Shown here: piece by piece, positions 1 through 12,419 of the stretch | How the letters are laid out: every line of letters begins with the position of its first letter | Position numbering within the stretch: the first letter of the stretch is position 1 | DNA from: Nemertoderma westbladi | Lineage: Eukaryota; Animalia; Xenacoelomorpha | Reading direction: 5' to 3' | Length of the DNA: 64,000 nt | Assembly: GCA_032718475.1 (NCBI GenBank) | Contig: JAUCBJ010000648.1 | Location: 146,155 to 210,154 of the forward strand | The notes under the pieces: generated by a model | What the model was told of the DNA's origin: nothing | The model's input: the letters and a program-made list of their open reading frames with translations, nothing else | Databases searched by the model: none | Position numbers and translations under genes: made by a program

Positions 1-3000
1 GCTCTGTTTCTGGGACCGCCGGGACTGTGTGTGGTTGACCGCGAGATCTGTGTGTGCTCTGTTGCTGGGACCACCAGGACTGTGTGTGGCTGACCACGAG
101 ATCTGTGTGCGTTCTGTTGCTGGGACCGCCAGGACTGTGTGTGTCTGACCCCGGGATCTGTGTGCGCTCTGTGGCTGGGACCGCCGGGATTGTGTGTGGC
201 TGACCGCGAGATCTGTGTGCGCTCTGTTGCTGGGACCGCCGGGACTGTGTGTGGCTGACCGCGAGATCTGTGTGCGCTCTGTGGCTGGGACTGCCGGGTC
301 TGTGTGTGGCTGACCACGAGATCTGTGTGCGCTCTGTTGCTGGGACCGCCGGGACTGTGTGTGTCTGACCGCGAGATCTGTGTGCGTTCTGTTGCTGGGT
401 CCGCCGGGACTGTGTGTGGCTGACCACGAGATCTGTGTGCGCTCTGTTGCTGGGACCGTTGGGACTGTGTGTGGCTGACCCCGAGATCTGTGTGCGCTCT
501 GTTTCTGGGACCGCCGGGACTGTGTGTGGTTGACCGCGAGATCTGTGTGCGCTTTGTTGCTGGGAACGCTGGGACTGTGTGTGGTTGACCGCGAGATCTG
601 TGTGCGCTCTGTTGCTGGGACCGCCGGGACTGTGTGTGGCTGACTGCGAGATCTGTGTGCGCTCTGTTGCTGGGACCGCCGGGACTGTGTGTGGCTGACC
701 GCGAGATCTGTGTGCGCTCTGTTGCTGGGACCCCCAGGACTGTGTGTGGCATACAGCGAGATCTGTGTGCGCTCTGTTGCTGGGACCGCCGGGACTATGA
801 CGGGCTGACCGCGAGATCTGTGTGCGTTCTGTTGCTGGGACCGCCGGGACTGTGTGTGGCTGACCGCGAGATCTGTGTGCGCTCTGTTGCTGGGACCGCC
901 GTGACTGTGTGTGGCTGACCGCGAGATCTGTGTGCACTCTCGGTCTGTTGCTGGGACCGTCGGGACTGTGTGTGGCTGACCGCAAGATCTGTGTGTGCTC
1001 TGTTGCTGGGACCGCCGGGACTGTGTGTGGCTGACCGCGAGATCTGTGTGCACTCTCGGTCTGTTGCTGGGACCGTCGGGACTGTGTGTGGCTAACCGCG
1101 AGATCTGTGTGTGCTCTGTTGCTGGGTCCGTCGGGACTGTGTGTGGCTAACCGCGAGATCTGTGTGTGCTCTGTTGCTGGGACCGTCGGGACTGTGTGTG
1201 GCTAACCGCGAGATCTGTGTGTGCTCTGTTGCTGGGACCGTCGGGACTGTGTGTGGCTAACCGCGAGATCTGTGTGTGCTCTGTTGCTGGGACCGTCGGG
1301 ACTGTGTGTGGCTAACCGCGAGATCTGTGTGTGCTCTGTTGCTGGGACCGTCGGGACTGTGTGTGGCTAACCGCGAGATCTGTGTGTGCTCTGTTGCTGG
1401 GACCGTCGGGACTGTGTGTGGCTAACCGCGAGATCTGTGTGTGCTCTGTTGCTGGGACCCCCGGGACTGTGTGTGGCTGACCGCGAGATCTGTGTGCGCT
1501 CTGTTGCTGGGACCGCCGGGACTGTGTCGGGCTGACCGCGAGATCTGTGTGCGCACTGTTGCTGGGACCGCCGGGACTGTGTGAGGCTGACCACGAGATC
1601 TGTGTGCGCTCTGTTGCTGGGACCGCCGGGACTGTGTCGGGCTGACCGCGAGATCTATGTGCGCACTATTGCTGGGACCGCCGGGACTGTGTGTGGCTGA
1701 CTGCGAGATCTGTGTGCGCTCTGTTGCGGGGACCGCCGGGACTGTGTGTGGCTGACCGCGAGATCTGTGTGCGCTCTGTTGCTGGGACCGTCGGGACTGC
1801 GTGTGGCAGACAGCGAGATCTGTGTGCGCTCTGTTGCTGGGACCGCCAGGATGGTGTGTGGCTGACCGCAAAATCTGTGTGCGCTCTGTTGCTGGGATTG
1901 CCGGGACTGTGTGTGGCTGACCGCGAGATCTGTGTGCACTCTGTTGGGGGGACCGCCGGGACTGTGTGCGGCTGACCACGAGATCTGTGTGCGCTCTGTT
2001 GCTGGGACCACCAGGACTGTGTGTGGCTGACCGCGAGATCTGTGTGCGCTCTGTTGCTGGGACCGTTGGGACTGTGTGTGGCTGACCCCGGGATCTGTGT
2101 GCGCTCTGTTTCTGGGACCGCCGGGACTGTGTGCGGTTGACCGCGAGATCTGTGTGTGCTCTGTTGCTGGGACCACCAGGACTGTGTGTGGCTGACCACG
2201 AGATCTGTGTGCGTTCTGTTGCTGGGACCGCCAGGACTGTGTGTGGCTGACCCCGGGATCTGTGTGCGCTCTGTGGCTGGGACCGCCGGGATTGTGTGTG
2301 GCTGACCGCGAGATCTGTGTGCGCTCTGTGGCTGCGACTGCCGGGTCTGTGTGTGGCTGACCACGAGATCTGTGTGCGCTCTGTTGCTGGGACCGCCGGG
2401 ACTGTGTGTGTCTGACCACGAGATCCGTGTGCGTTCTGTTGCTGGGACTGCCAGGACTGTGTGTGGCTGACCCCGGGATCTGTGTGCGCTCTGTGGCTGG
2501 GACCGCCGGGATTGTGTGTGGCTGACCCCGGGATCTGTGTGTGCTCTGTTGCTGGGACCACCAGGACTGTGTGTGGCTGACCACGAGATCTGTGTGCGTT
2601 CTGTTGCTGGGACCGCCAGGACTGTGTGTGGCTGACCCCGGGATCTGTGTGCGCTCTGTGGCTGGGACCGCCGGGATTGTGTGTGGCTGACCGCGAGATC
2701 TGTGTGCGTTCTGTTGCTGGGACCGCCAGGACTGTGTGTGGCTGACCCCGGGATCTGTGTGTGCTCTGTTGCTGGGACCACCAGGACTGTGTGTGGCTGA
2801 CCACGAGATCTGTGTGCGTTCTGTTGCTGGGACCGCCGGGTCTGTGTGTGGCTGACCGCGAGATCTGTGTGTGCTCTGTTGCTGGGACCGCCGGGACTGT
2901 GTGTGGCTGACCGCAAGATCTGTGTGCGCTCTGTGGCTGGGACTGCCGGGTCTGTGTGTGGCTGACCACGAGATCTGTGTGCGCTCCGTTGCTGGGACCG

Positions 3001-4232
3001 CCGGGACTGTGTGTGTCTGACCGCGAGATCTGTGTGCGTTCTGTTGCTGGGTCCGCCGGGACTGTGTGTGGCTGACCACGAGATCTGTGTGCGCTCTGTT
3101 GCTGGGACCGTTGGGACTGTGTGTGGCTGACCCCGAGATCTGTGTGCGCTCTGTTTCTGGGACCGCCGAGACTGTGTGTGGTTGACCGCGAGATCTGTGT
3201 GCGCTTTGTTGCTGGGAACGCTGGGACTGTGTGTGGTTGACCGCGAGATCTGTGTGCGCTCTGTTGCTGGGACCGCCGGGACTGTGTGTGGCTGACTGCG
3301 AGATCTGTGTGCGCTCTGTTGCTGGGACCGCCGGGACTGTGTGTGGCTGACCGCGAGATCTGTGTGCGCTCTGTTGCTGGGACCCCCAGGACTGTGTGTG
3401 GCATACAGCGAGATCTGTGTGCGCTCTGTTGCTGGGACCGCCGGGACTATGACGGTCTGACCGCGAGATCTGTGTGCGTTCTGTTGCTGGGACCGCCGGG
3501 ACTGTGTGTGGCTGACCGCGAGATCTGTGTGCGCTCTGTTGCTGGGACCGCCGTGACTGTGTGTAGCTGACCGCGAGATCTGTGTGCACTCTCGGTCTGT
3601 TGAGGGACCGTCGGGACTGTGTGTGGCTGACCGCGAGATCTGTGTGTGCTCTGTTGCTGGGACCGCCGGGACTGTGTGTGGCTGACCGCGAGATCTGTGT
3701 GCACTCTCGGTCTGTTGCTGGGACCGTCGGGACTGTGTGTGGCTGACCGCGAGATCTGTGTGCACTCTCGGTCTGTTGCTGGGACCGTCGGGACTGTGTG
3801 TGGCTGACCGCGAGAGCTGTGTGCGCTCTGTTGCTGGGACCGCCGGGACTGTGTGTGGCTGACCGCGAGATCTGTGTGCACTCTCGGTCTGTTGCTGGGA
3901 CCGTCGGGACTGTGTGTGGCTGACCGCGAGATCTGTGTGTGCTCTGTTGCTGGGACCGCCAGGACTGTGTGTGGCTGACCACGAGATCTGTGTGCGCTCT
4001 GTTGCTGGGACCGCCGGGACTGTGTGTGTCTGACAGCGAGATCTGTGTGTGTTCTGTTGCTGGGACCGCCGGGACTGTGTGTGGCTGACCGCGAGATCTG
4101 TGTGCGCTCTGTTGCTGGGACCGTCGCGACTGTGTGTGGCTGACCGCGAGATCTGTGCGCGCTTTGTTGCTGGGACCGCCGGGACTGTGTGTGGCTGACC
4201 ACGAGATCTGTGTGCGCTCGGGACCGTCGGGA
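1..4232. repeat. 55-bp GC-rich satellite array (~76 units, runs off the left edge)
   Basis: Unit GCTCTGTTGCTGGGACCGCCGGGACTGTGTGTGGCTGACCGCGAGATCTGTGTGC recurs every 55 bp, with occasional 61-bp variants (CACTCTCGGTCTG). Diagnostic variants recur 2652 bp apart (731 and 3383). Confidence 0.98.
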
Positions 4233-4810
4233 CAGCAGCACCCGGCACCTTAGTTTAAGCCGATTATCATCAAAGCTTATATAATATTATCATAATTTCT
4301 TACTATTGTCATTCGTGTTACTTCTAGAGAAATTGTTGTTGTACATTTCTTGGTTCACAATTACAATGAGGTAACAATCCGAGTGGAGGGGCTGCAACGA
4401 AAATTTGACGATTTGAAGAGATTGTTATTGGCACATTTGAATTTTTGCCGACTTTCGCATAAATCCTAGTATTTCTGCAGTAGTGGCCCAAACACCGTCG
4501 TCAGTCATTCGTGGCGAGCGCGAGGAACTAGGTTTTCACATTTTCACCCTTGAATCTTTCCAACCCATGGCAGATATATCCAGAGTCATATGGGCTACTA
4601 TAAAATCTCTAACCTTCATATGTTGCTTCTCAGTGCCAGTTAAAACAAAAGAAATGGCACGAAAAAGCCCATCGCCATGGCCCATGGCCATCGCCAATAT
4701 TTTGATGAAATTTGCTCGGAGTATTCAGAACAGGTCTTTTGTTAAAATATTGAGTTTTAATATAGACTAATCCTAAACAAATGAACAAATGTGTTTTCGA
4801 GCCGCAGCAG

Positions 4811-5329
4811 CCATTTGGAAGTCACCGAGAATTAATCGGAAACTTAAGGTCCGATTATTTAGAGCAGCAGTAGTTCCAGTAGTCCTCTATGGGAGTCCAT
4901 GCTGGGCTCTAACTGCTGAGGACACCAAATCTCTGGATGGCACATTCACAAGAATGCTACGCCGGGTTCATTGTGTCAAGTACAATGCACACATCTCCAA
5001 CCAGACACTATATAACATTGGAGGTGTCTCATTGGTTCTCCCAAGTTTGACACTAGAACAAAATCGCCTCCGCTGTGCAGGTCATTGCTTTCGTCGTGAG
5101 GACCAGCCAGTCCATAATCTTGTACTTTGGCAGCCTCATGGAGTGAATAAGCATGGTGGACAGCCCATGACTTTCTTGAGACGCATCTTAAAGGACACTG
5201 GCCTTGAAGATGCGGATGATCTAGCAAATGTCATGGGTGATAGGGAGTTGTAGCGGCGCAATTTTGTCGACAAGCCGGCACAGCATTCTTAAAAATGCAG
5301 CTGCAAGGCAGCATGCCGATCCTAGTAGT
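4811..5329 (+). mobile_element. 5'-truncated RTE-clade-like non-LTR retrotransposon (3' end), pseudogenised
   Basis: Encodes the post-RT region (IWKS...KVRLFRAAVVPV.LYGS..W...RLR.AGHCFRRE). Premature TAG at 5251 where the 14956 copy has TGG. Short (TAG)n tail. Flanked by a 29-bp direct repeat at 4782-4810 and 5330-5358. Confidence 0.93.
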
Positions 5330-5539
5330 TGAACAAATGTGTTTTCGAGCCGCAGCAGAAATACGATTGAATATCTTACGTTGTTGGTTATTGTTCTGGT
5401 TATTATTCGCAGCCTTCACTCAACTCACCCTTAACTCCATCATTCAGTTCTTTGTCATCAAAACTGACTGTTATTTTGTTTTAGGTAAAAAAATACGATA
5501 GAATAACGGCATGTATAAGTTTTTCACCGGGAATTTAGG

Positions 5540-5711
5540 GTAGTACCTGGTGCCTGAGGGTAGTTCCCGTTGCCTAGGCGGTTAATACTACCGTAGTACC
5601 TGGTGCCTGAGGGTAGTTCCCGTTGCCTAGGCGGTTAATACTACCGTAGTACCTGGTGCCTGAGGGTAGTTCCCGTTGCCGAGGCGGTTAATACTACCGT
5701 AGTACCTGGTG
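5540..5711. repeat. 53-bp tandem repeat, ~3.2 copies
   Basis: GTAGTACCTGGTGCCTGAGGGTAGTTCCCGTTGCCTAGGCGGTTAATACTACC starts at 5540, 5593 and 5646. Confidence 0.95.
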
Positions 5712-6318
5712 GCTAGGAGCTTAGTGCTACCGTATTGCCGGTAGTGTAGTACCTGTTGCCTCCTACACCGGTTTTTTTTTTCTACCCGGTAAACCATTAA
5801 GGTAAATTGGCATGAATATATGAATTATTTAATAAGCCCGGTGGCCCACTCAACAAGACTGGTGCTGAGGCTCGGTTTGGTATTCGGGAGTTGGGTGTCA
5901 ATACTGTGTTTCGATCCAAGAAAAGGATTTATGAGCAGGTCTGAAGATTTAAGCCAAGTCCCATCAGGGTGTCTGAGAATATTATGTAGTTGAAAGTGGT
6001 TTGTCTAAAGTGAATCCATGGTAATTCATATTTTGTCACATTTTCACGATCCCTTTATAGTATCTGGTTTATAGTATATAGTATGTTTATCTGGCATTTA
6101 AATTTTTCAGATTATAGGACAGGACTACATTTCGCTCTCTGAGAGATGGATTTATTTGGATTAGATATTCGGGGGATACCTGCTTCAATAAAACAAACGT
6201 CGTCGCCTCTTATTGAGGAGACGACGAGCACAGACCACAATTCCGAGCCATTGAAATATTCACTTCTCATAGAATTAATAAGGAATCATTTGCAGATACT
6301 AATCATTTACAGAGCATC

Positions 6319-6834
6319 AAAGGTTCCACACATTATATTAACAATTTTAAGACGTGTCAAAAAGGTTCCACACATTATATTAACAATTTTAAGACGTGTC
6401 AAAAAGGTTCCACACATTATATTAACAATTTTAAGACGTGTCAAAAAGGTTCCACACATTATATTAACAATTTTAAGACGTGTCAAAAAGGTTCCACACA
6501 TTATATTAACAATTTTAAGACGTGTCAAAAAGGTTCCACACATTATATTAACAATTTTAAGACGTGTCAAAAAGGTTCCACACATTATATTAACAATTTT
6601 AAGACGTGTCAAAAAGGTTCCACACATTATATTAACAATTTTAAGACGTGTCAAAAAGGTTCCACACATTATATTAACAATTTTAAGACGTGTCAAAAAG
6701 GTTCCACACATTATATTAACAATTTTAAGACGTGTCAAAAAGGTTCCACACATTATATTAACAATTTTAAGACGTGTCAAAAAGGTTCCACACATTATAT
6801 TAACAATTTTAAGACGTGTCAAAAAGGTTCCACA
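6319..6834. repeat. 42-bp minisatellite, ~12 identical copies
   Basis: Unit AAAGGTTCCACACATTATATTAACAATTTTAAGACGTGTCAA; it explains ORFs 6146..6847 and 6307..6822. Confidence 0.97.
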
Positions 6835-8063
6835 AAGTGGGTCATAGATTCCACGGTAACTATTTGCCTCAGTTTACTATGGGCAGAGCCAGATTGGATG
6901 AAGCATCGCATTAGCTACTCCGTATAGAACAACAGCGACGAATTATAATTACATGGATGGGATGCCGGACTTGTCTTCATTATTCACAAATTTTGTTAAT
7001 TACTTAACGAATTAATTTATTCATTTGATATCTGCTTCCTAAATATAAATTAAGGCCCTCCCTGCGCAGTTGCGATGTCTGATGTCTGCGGACTGTGGGG
7101 ATGCCATGTTATTATCCCTACACTCAAATAACTATCCTCTTGCTCGTGTCAAATATGCAAGACATTTTTTGTCAATGTATTTATTGGCTATAATATTATC
7201 AATATGGTATGTATTTCTGGACACATTAACAAGACAAAATAACTATGTGATGAACTAAAAGACTAACTAAATGACAAGATTAAACAATTCAAGTATATTA
7301 CATTTAGTGATGAAAGAATTAAATGTGGTATTTGGTTGGCCTTTATATAAACTTTATACTAACCTTTATACTACCGGTAGTGTCAGCAGACAATGCTGCC
7401 TCTTTTCATTATTTCGGTTAATAATCATCTTACAAGTTTAAAATAATATAATAATTAATATAATACTTACGTCTTATTGTGAGTAGGAATATTTTACCCT
7501 GATTCTGAATAAAAAATCTTTAAATCTAAAATGTGAAATAATCAGTTGATGTTAAATAATATTATTTGCGGGTTTATATATTATTCTGAGATGAATCCAA
7601 ATGTAAGCATCCAATTGGCTGATGAGTACGACGTGTGAGGAGCGCATTCCTCTCTATTTGAGTTTGTAGGAAATTTATCTACTGTAAATAAATGACAAGC
7701 AAAATCAAATATGGCAGATTTTAATCACGAGTTTGAATAACCGTGGCCGTAACTGTGACATAATAATAGTAGGATTAACATTACAATATACTGCGGTGGC
7801 TCATTGTGGCCAATTATTTCCATTCCATCACCCAAGTGAAAAACATTTTTCACCCGGGTGAAAAACATTTATCACACGGGTTAAAAACATGGAAATAACT
7901 AGCAAAAATATATATAATAAGATATCTCTCGGATTCAAGCGACAGCGAACTTGAGTCAGGGGAGTTAGATGAAGGCTTAGGAACAGAGGATAGTGAAAAC
8001 TTTGAAGATAACATCAGTTAGCAATCATGACAAATGATGCCCTACACCCTATTGTTCGAGGAA

Positions 8064-8925
8064 TGTCTGACTACTCCCCCCACCCCCCCCCCCCCCCCCC
8101 GCTGTCTAGGTATGTCCGACTACAGTCCCCCACACTGTCTAGGTGTGTCCGACTACTCCCCCCACCCCCACTGTAGTGATATGTCCGACTACAGTCCCCC
8201 ACACTGTCGAGGTATGTCCGACTACAGTCCCCCACACTGTCTAGGTGTGTCCGACTACAGTCCCCCACACTGTCTAGGTATGTCCGACTACAGTCCCCCA
8301 CACTGTCTAGGTGTGTCCGACTACTCCCCCCACCCCCACTGTAGTGATATGTCCGACTACAGTCCCCCACACTGTCGAGGTATGTCTGACTACATCCTCC
8401 ACACTACTGTCGAGGTATGTCCGACTACTCCCCCACCCCCTCTGTAGTGGTATATCCGACTGTAGAGTCCTCCACACTGTCGGGGTATGTCTGACTACAT
8501 CCTCCACTCTGTCGAGGTATGTCCGACTACTCCCCCCACCCCCTCTGTAGTGGTATATCCGACTGTAGAGTCCTCCACACTGTCGGGGTATGTCAGACTA
8601 CATCCTCCAATCTGTCGAGGTTTGTCCGACTACTCCTCCCACCCCCTCTGTAGTGGGTGATCCGACTGTAGAGTCCTCCATACTGTCGGGGTATGTCAGA
8701 CTACATCCTCCACTCTGTCGAGGTTGGTCCGACTACTCCCCCCACCCCCTCTGTAGTGGTACCTCCGACTATAGAGTCCTCCACACTGTCGGAGTATGTC
8801 CGACTACTCCCCCCCCCCTCCCCCCCCACTGCCGGGGTATGTCCGACTACTCCCCCCCACCCCCACACTGCCGGGGTATGTCCGACTACACCCTCTTCCC
8901 CCACTGTCGAGGTATGTCCGACTAC
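8064..8925. repeat. C-rich ~33-bp minisatellite with variable units
   Basis: Core GGTATGTCCGACTAC(AG)TCCCCCACACTGTC repeated with 30-36 bp variants. Confidence 0.93.
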
Positions 8926-9374
8926 AAAAAAATAATAAAAAATTTTACAACCCAAATTCATAATTTAAGTTGTACAGGGTTAAACCCAAAAGTAAAAATA
9001 TCATCAGAGTTGCGATTCAGAAGCATGGAGTGGATATATCGTAATGAAAACGGCATAAAAACGGCTTTTGTAGAATGTTATCGCAATAGTATGGCTGCAT
9101 CAGTGCATAGCATACAGTAAGTAGTCAGTCAGATGGTATTGGAATAATTTACAATAATGGTAATTAATTATATAACTTACGGCATATCGCAGCGGAAAGC
9201 TGGTTGATCTCAGACCATGCTCACTATTATTGTTCGACACGCGTAACCCAATGCAAAGATATGAAATGCAAAGAATATGTGTTGCAAGTTAAAAATAATA
9301 ATGATCACACATTTACAGACGCTCAGAAAACAACACGGTCCCTTCCTTCCCTACAGGTTTATATATAATTTATA

Positions 9375-10050
9375 ACTAGAAAGCCAGCAAGCTGGCTATA
9401 AGAAGCCCGTCTATAAGACAACAAAACCGAAAAACTAGATGATAAAATCTAATCCCCAATCAAATATCAATCCTCAATCAATATATAAACCTCTCCCTCC
9501 CTCCATGCAGCATTGGAGAAAGCAGAATTAATGTCATGACCAGTTCACAACAGACAACCCACCCCAACCATTGGATTTACTGAGACACACTCAACAACAC
9601 TCCAACCAGCTTGCTACCTGTCTTTCCAGCTAGCTAGAGTTAAATAATTATACAACGTTGCTATGATACAGAGAAAATCCCTCCCCATTCACAACAAAGG
9701 CAAAGTTGAGGCTGGGTGAGGGAATATTACATATTTATTCACTATTTAATTTTTAATTTTTTTTTTAATTTTTAATTTTTATAATAACACTTGAATAAAA
9801 TAAAAACTTTGTGAGAATGGGACACGGCGAATCGACCTGTGCTATTATTATTCAACATGAGCTTAATTTTACCCGCTTAAATAATTAATAAACAATTCTT
9901 TGTATACTTGGCCACGAAGTAGAGCACTTTTCTTACCCTTCCAAGCCAATATCAATGTGCACAAACATACATACAGACAAACACACACACACACACACCC
10001 CCACCGACGTTTTTTTTTTGACAGCAAGAAGCCCTGACGGTCTTCTAATT
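9375..10050 (-). mobile_element. Helentron-associated (HINE/DINE-1-like) non-autonomous element
   Basis: Subterminal inverted repeats AGAAGCCCGTC (9401) and GACGGTCTTCT (10036), terminal hairpin GCCAGC-AA-GCTGGC next to a CTAG/TT end, and a (CA)n/(TACA)n microsatellite near the opposite end. Confidence 0.65.
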
Positions 10051-10417
10051 AGTTATCTCATCAGTAAATATAGTTAACTGGTGTGAGGAAGAACAATAAT
10101 TAGTGTCAGGAGGATGTTGAATGATAATTCGACTTTCATACTTGACATCCTTTATAAAATCCTTTATAAAATCCAATTATTCACCTTTAACACAATCGAT
10201 ATATTATTATAAATTAAAAAAGAAACAGTTCATCTTGCGTGAGGTTGTGTGGGCAGTAGTTGTAATCAATTATGGAGTAATCTATCAAAAATCGTTCAAT
10301 TTGTGTCAGAATTTCTTTACTTGTCGGTAATCAATCAATTATCCGACACAACAGTTGCAGTTAAAACAACAAATATTAGATAGGAATTGTCCAAACGTCT
10401 AGAATGCTTTGCCTTAC

Positions 10418-10505
10418 CTGGACAGTTCGGCTGCCATATAGAACAACGCAATACTCCGACATAGAGTTCGACGAGATGGCGTGTAGCTATCAGTTATTGT
10501 GGTAT
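10418..10505 (-). CDS. Coding exon 4 of putative uncharacterised gene (DTTITDSYTPSRRTLCRSIALFYMAAELS)
   Basis: CCCTACAG acceptor and CAG|GTAAG donor. 88 bp. The only stop-free frame is the one required by the phase-1 upstream exon. Confidence 0.68.
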
Positions 10506-10731
10506 CTGTAGGGTCATGCAGGATTTTATACTATACTATGTTACCGAATTGTATAATTATTCCTACCGGTATTTGTTAAGTGAGATTGTATAACTTTCGC
10601 AGTGTCACGTCAATGAGCATCGTTTATCCACCACTGTGGCAAAAACTGGGCGTTGTAGTTTTGCGAGAGTCCTTCGATGTAGTAACGCTAGTTATAGAAG
10701 GGAGTGCAACTAAGTGACGGCTCCCAAAGTA

Positions 10732-11356
10732 CACCATTTCCCAGAATATTATAGTGTCGTAATTCAGTGACACCCCCCCCCCCCCCCCTAATTTTTCTAC
10801 AAATCGTAATGAGATTGCATGAAATTTGAAACAGAGATAGTTTCACCTCCCGACCACTACTGACTGGGTGAGCCAGACTTTTTATTTTTGCTTTCAATCT
10901 TTAGCTACAAGTGTTTAAAAAAAGCGTTAAAGTTTAAAAAAAGCGTTTAAAACTTTAAAAAAAAGTCTCCAGCGATATTACACCAGTTACACCGCAGTTA
11001 TTATTCAACCTTATAGTGATTGGTGGGTACTGATAGAAAGCTGACCGTACAAGGATTCCAAATATGTAACACAATTTGAATTTCGTTGAAAAATAGCGGA
11101 GATATGGGCGTTCACATTTTGCATGGTTATGCACCTATGCGAGGCTATTTTATTCTATTTAATAAATACGTCATAATCTGGAATAGTTTGTTTATCCAAA
11201 TACGTAGCTGGGCAACAATGCATTACATCTTTAATCATACTATTACGTAGCTATTCATACATTTAAAAAATGTTCCAGAATATGGTTTATTTACTAAATA
11301 TAATAAAATAGCCTCGCACCGGTGCAAAACCATGCAAGATTTGAACGCTCATATCT
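10732..11356. mobile_element. Left arm and centre of a long-TIR foldback element, TA-flanked (Tc1/mariner-like terminus)
   Basis: TA|CACCATTTCCCAGAATA terminus. About 430 bp matches 26790-27167 in inverted orientation, and 11290-11356 is internally inverted with 11100-11165. Confidence 0.7.
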
Positions 11357-11380
11357 TTTTTTAATTTCTTTAAAATTTCG

Positions 11381-11603
11381 TTTATTTAATGCAAGCGATA
11401 ACTGAGTTTATTTAATGCAAGCGATAACTGAGTTTATTTAATGCAAGCGATAACTGAGTTTCTTTAATAATGCATGCGATAACTGAGTTTCTTTAATGTA
11501 AGCGATAACTGAGTTTCTTTAATAATGCATGCGATAACTGAGTTTCTTTAATGCAAGCAATAACTGAGTTTATTTAATGCAAGCGATAACTGAGTTTATT
11601 TAA
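11381..11603. repeat. 26-bp minisatellite (with slightly longer variants), ~8 copies
   Basis: TTTAATGCAAGCGATAACTGAGTTT(A/C) repeated. Confidence 0.93.
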
Positions 11604-11724
11604 TAAGAAACTAATATTTATAATAAATAATAAATAAATACAACATTCGAGCAATACTCTCCAATTAAACATTCCCCCACACCCCATCTATTAACCCTAA
11701 ATCAATAATTGTTACCGGTCCCAC

Positions 11725-11756
11725 CGAGGCGATACCTAGTACTAGGTATCGCCTTG
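11725..11756. mobile_element. 32-bp palindromic micro-transposon with 8-bp TSD (P-element-like ends)
   Basis: CGAGGCGATACCTAGT/ACTAGGTATCGCCTTG is a near-perfect palindrome, flanked by GGTCCCAC at 11717-11724 and 11757-11764. Confidence 0.75.
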
Positions 11757-12014
11757 GGTCCCACCCTCAACCGAGTTTAAACGCACACCCGACGGTACAA
11801 ACTTGTGATATACTAAGTTAATATAGTTTAATAACTGACATGCTATTCCCCCGCATTTTTAGAAGTGGCTTCCCCATTACAACGGATTCGCAAATACTGT
11901 TGTTATTTATTGTTTGTCAAATATATTTCTCTGTCGCGAGTTCGAGTTCCTTTTATCCAACAATTTCTTTCTTCACTTCTGTTTCATGACATTTTTTTAA
12001 GTAAATGATCTCAC

Positions 12015-12165
12015 CATCCGAGGCACCCTCAATAGTGAAACCATCGTTACCGCGATACACATCTACCGGTGACAATCTCATCTGGCCGAGATTTCTACCA
12101 GTATTGGAATCCTTGACCGACGCCAAAACCTCTCCTCGGATTGAATAGCAGTCAAACTGTACTTC
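12015..12165 (-). CDS. Coding exon 3 of putative uncharacterised gene (EVQFDCYSIRGEVLASVKDSNTGRNLGQMRLSPVDVYRGNDGFTIEGASD)
   Basis: TAG acceptor and ATG|GTGAG donor. 151 bp, open in phase 0, GC-richer than the flanks. Confidence 0.68.
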
Positions 12166-12419
12166 CTAGATTAAATATATTTTGTAATTCCGATGGCAGC
12201 ATTTTTAAGATTATTAATTACATTTTGCCAAATATTTTGTTTAAACACAAATTCACACATAAAATTAAGCAAGCAACGAATAAGTAATTAAATCTACCTA
12301 ATACAGTATTATTTATTTACTGGTACGAAAAATATAAATGATTTCTCATCATTAAGGGGTGGGGGGGGGGGGGGGGGGGGGGGTGGTGGGGGGGGGGTTA
12401 TTTAGGTGAGTGTAAAATT

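Noticed and set aside
1367-4248. Long ORFs of 660-860 aa on the minus strand
   Set aside because: They are translations of the 55-bp satellite, open in all three frames with permuted identical peptides.
6146-6847. 233-aa ORF with 14-aa repeats
   Set aside because: Mostly the 42-bp minisatellite; the unique N-terminus is short and unsupported.
7000-7260. Candidate terminal exon(s) for the minus-strand gene (acceptors near 7038 and 7255)
   Set aside because: Several weak alternatives, none distinguishable without transcript data.
8034-9120. Extensin-like Pro/Ser/Cys-rich ORFs
   Set aside because: They derive from the C-rich minisatellite and shift frame repeatedly.
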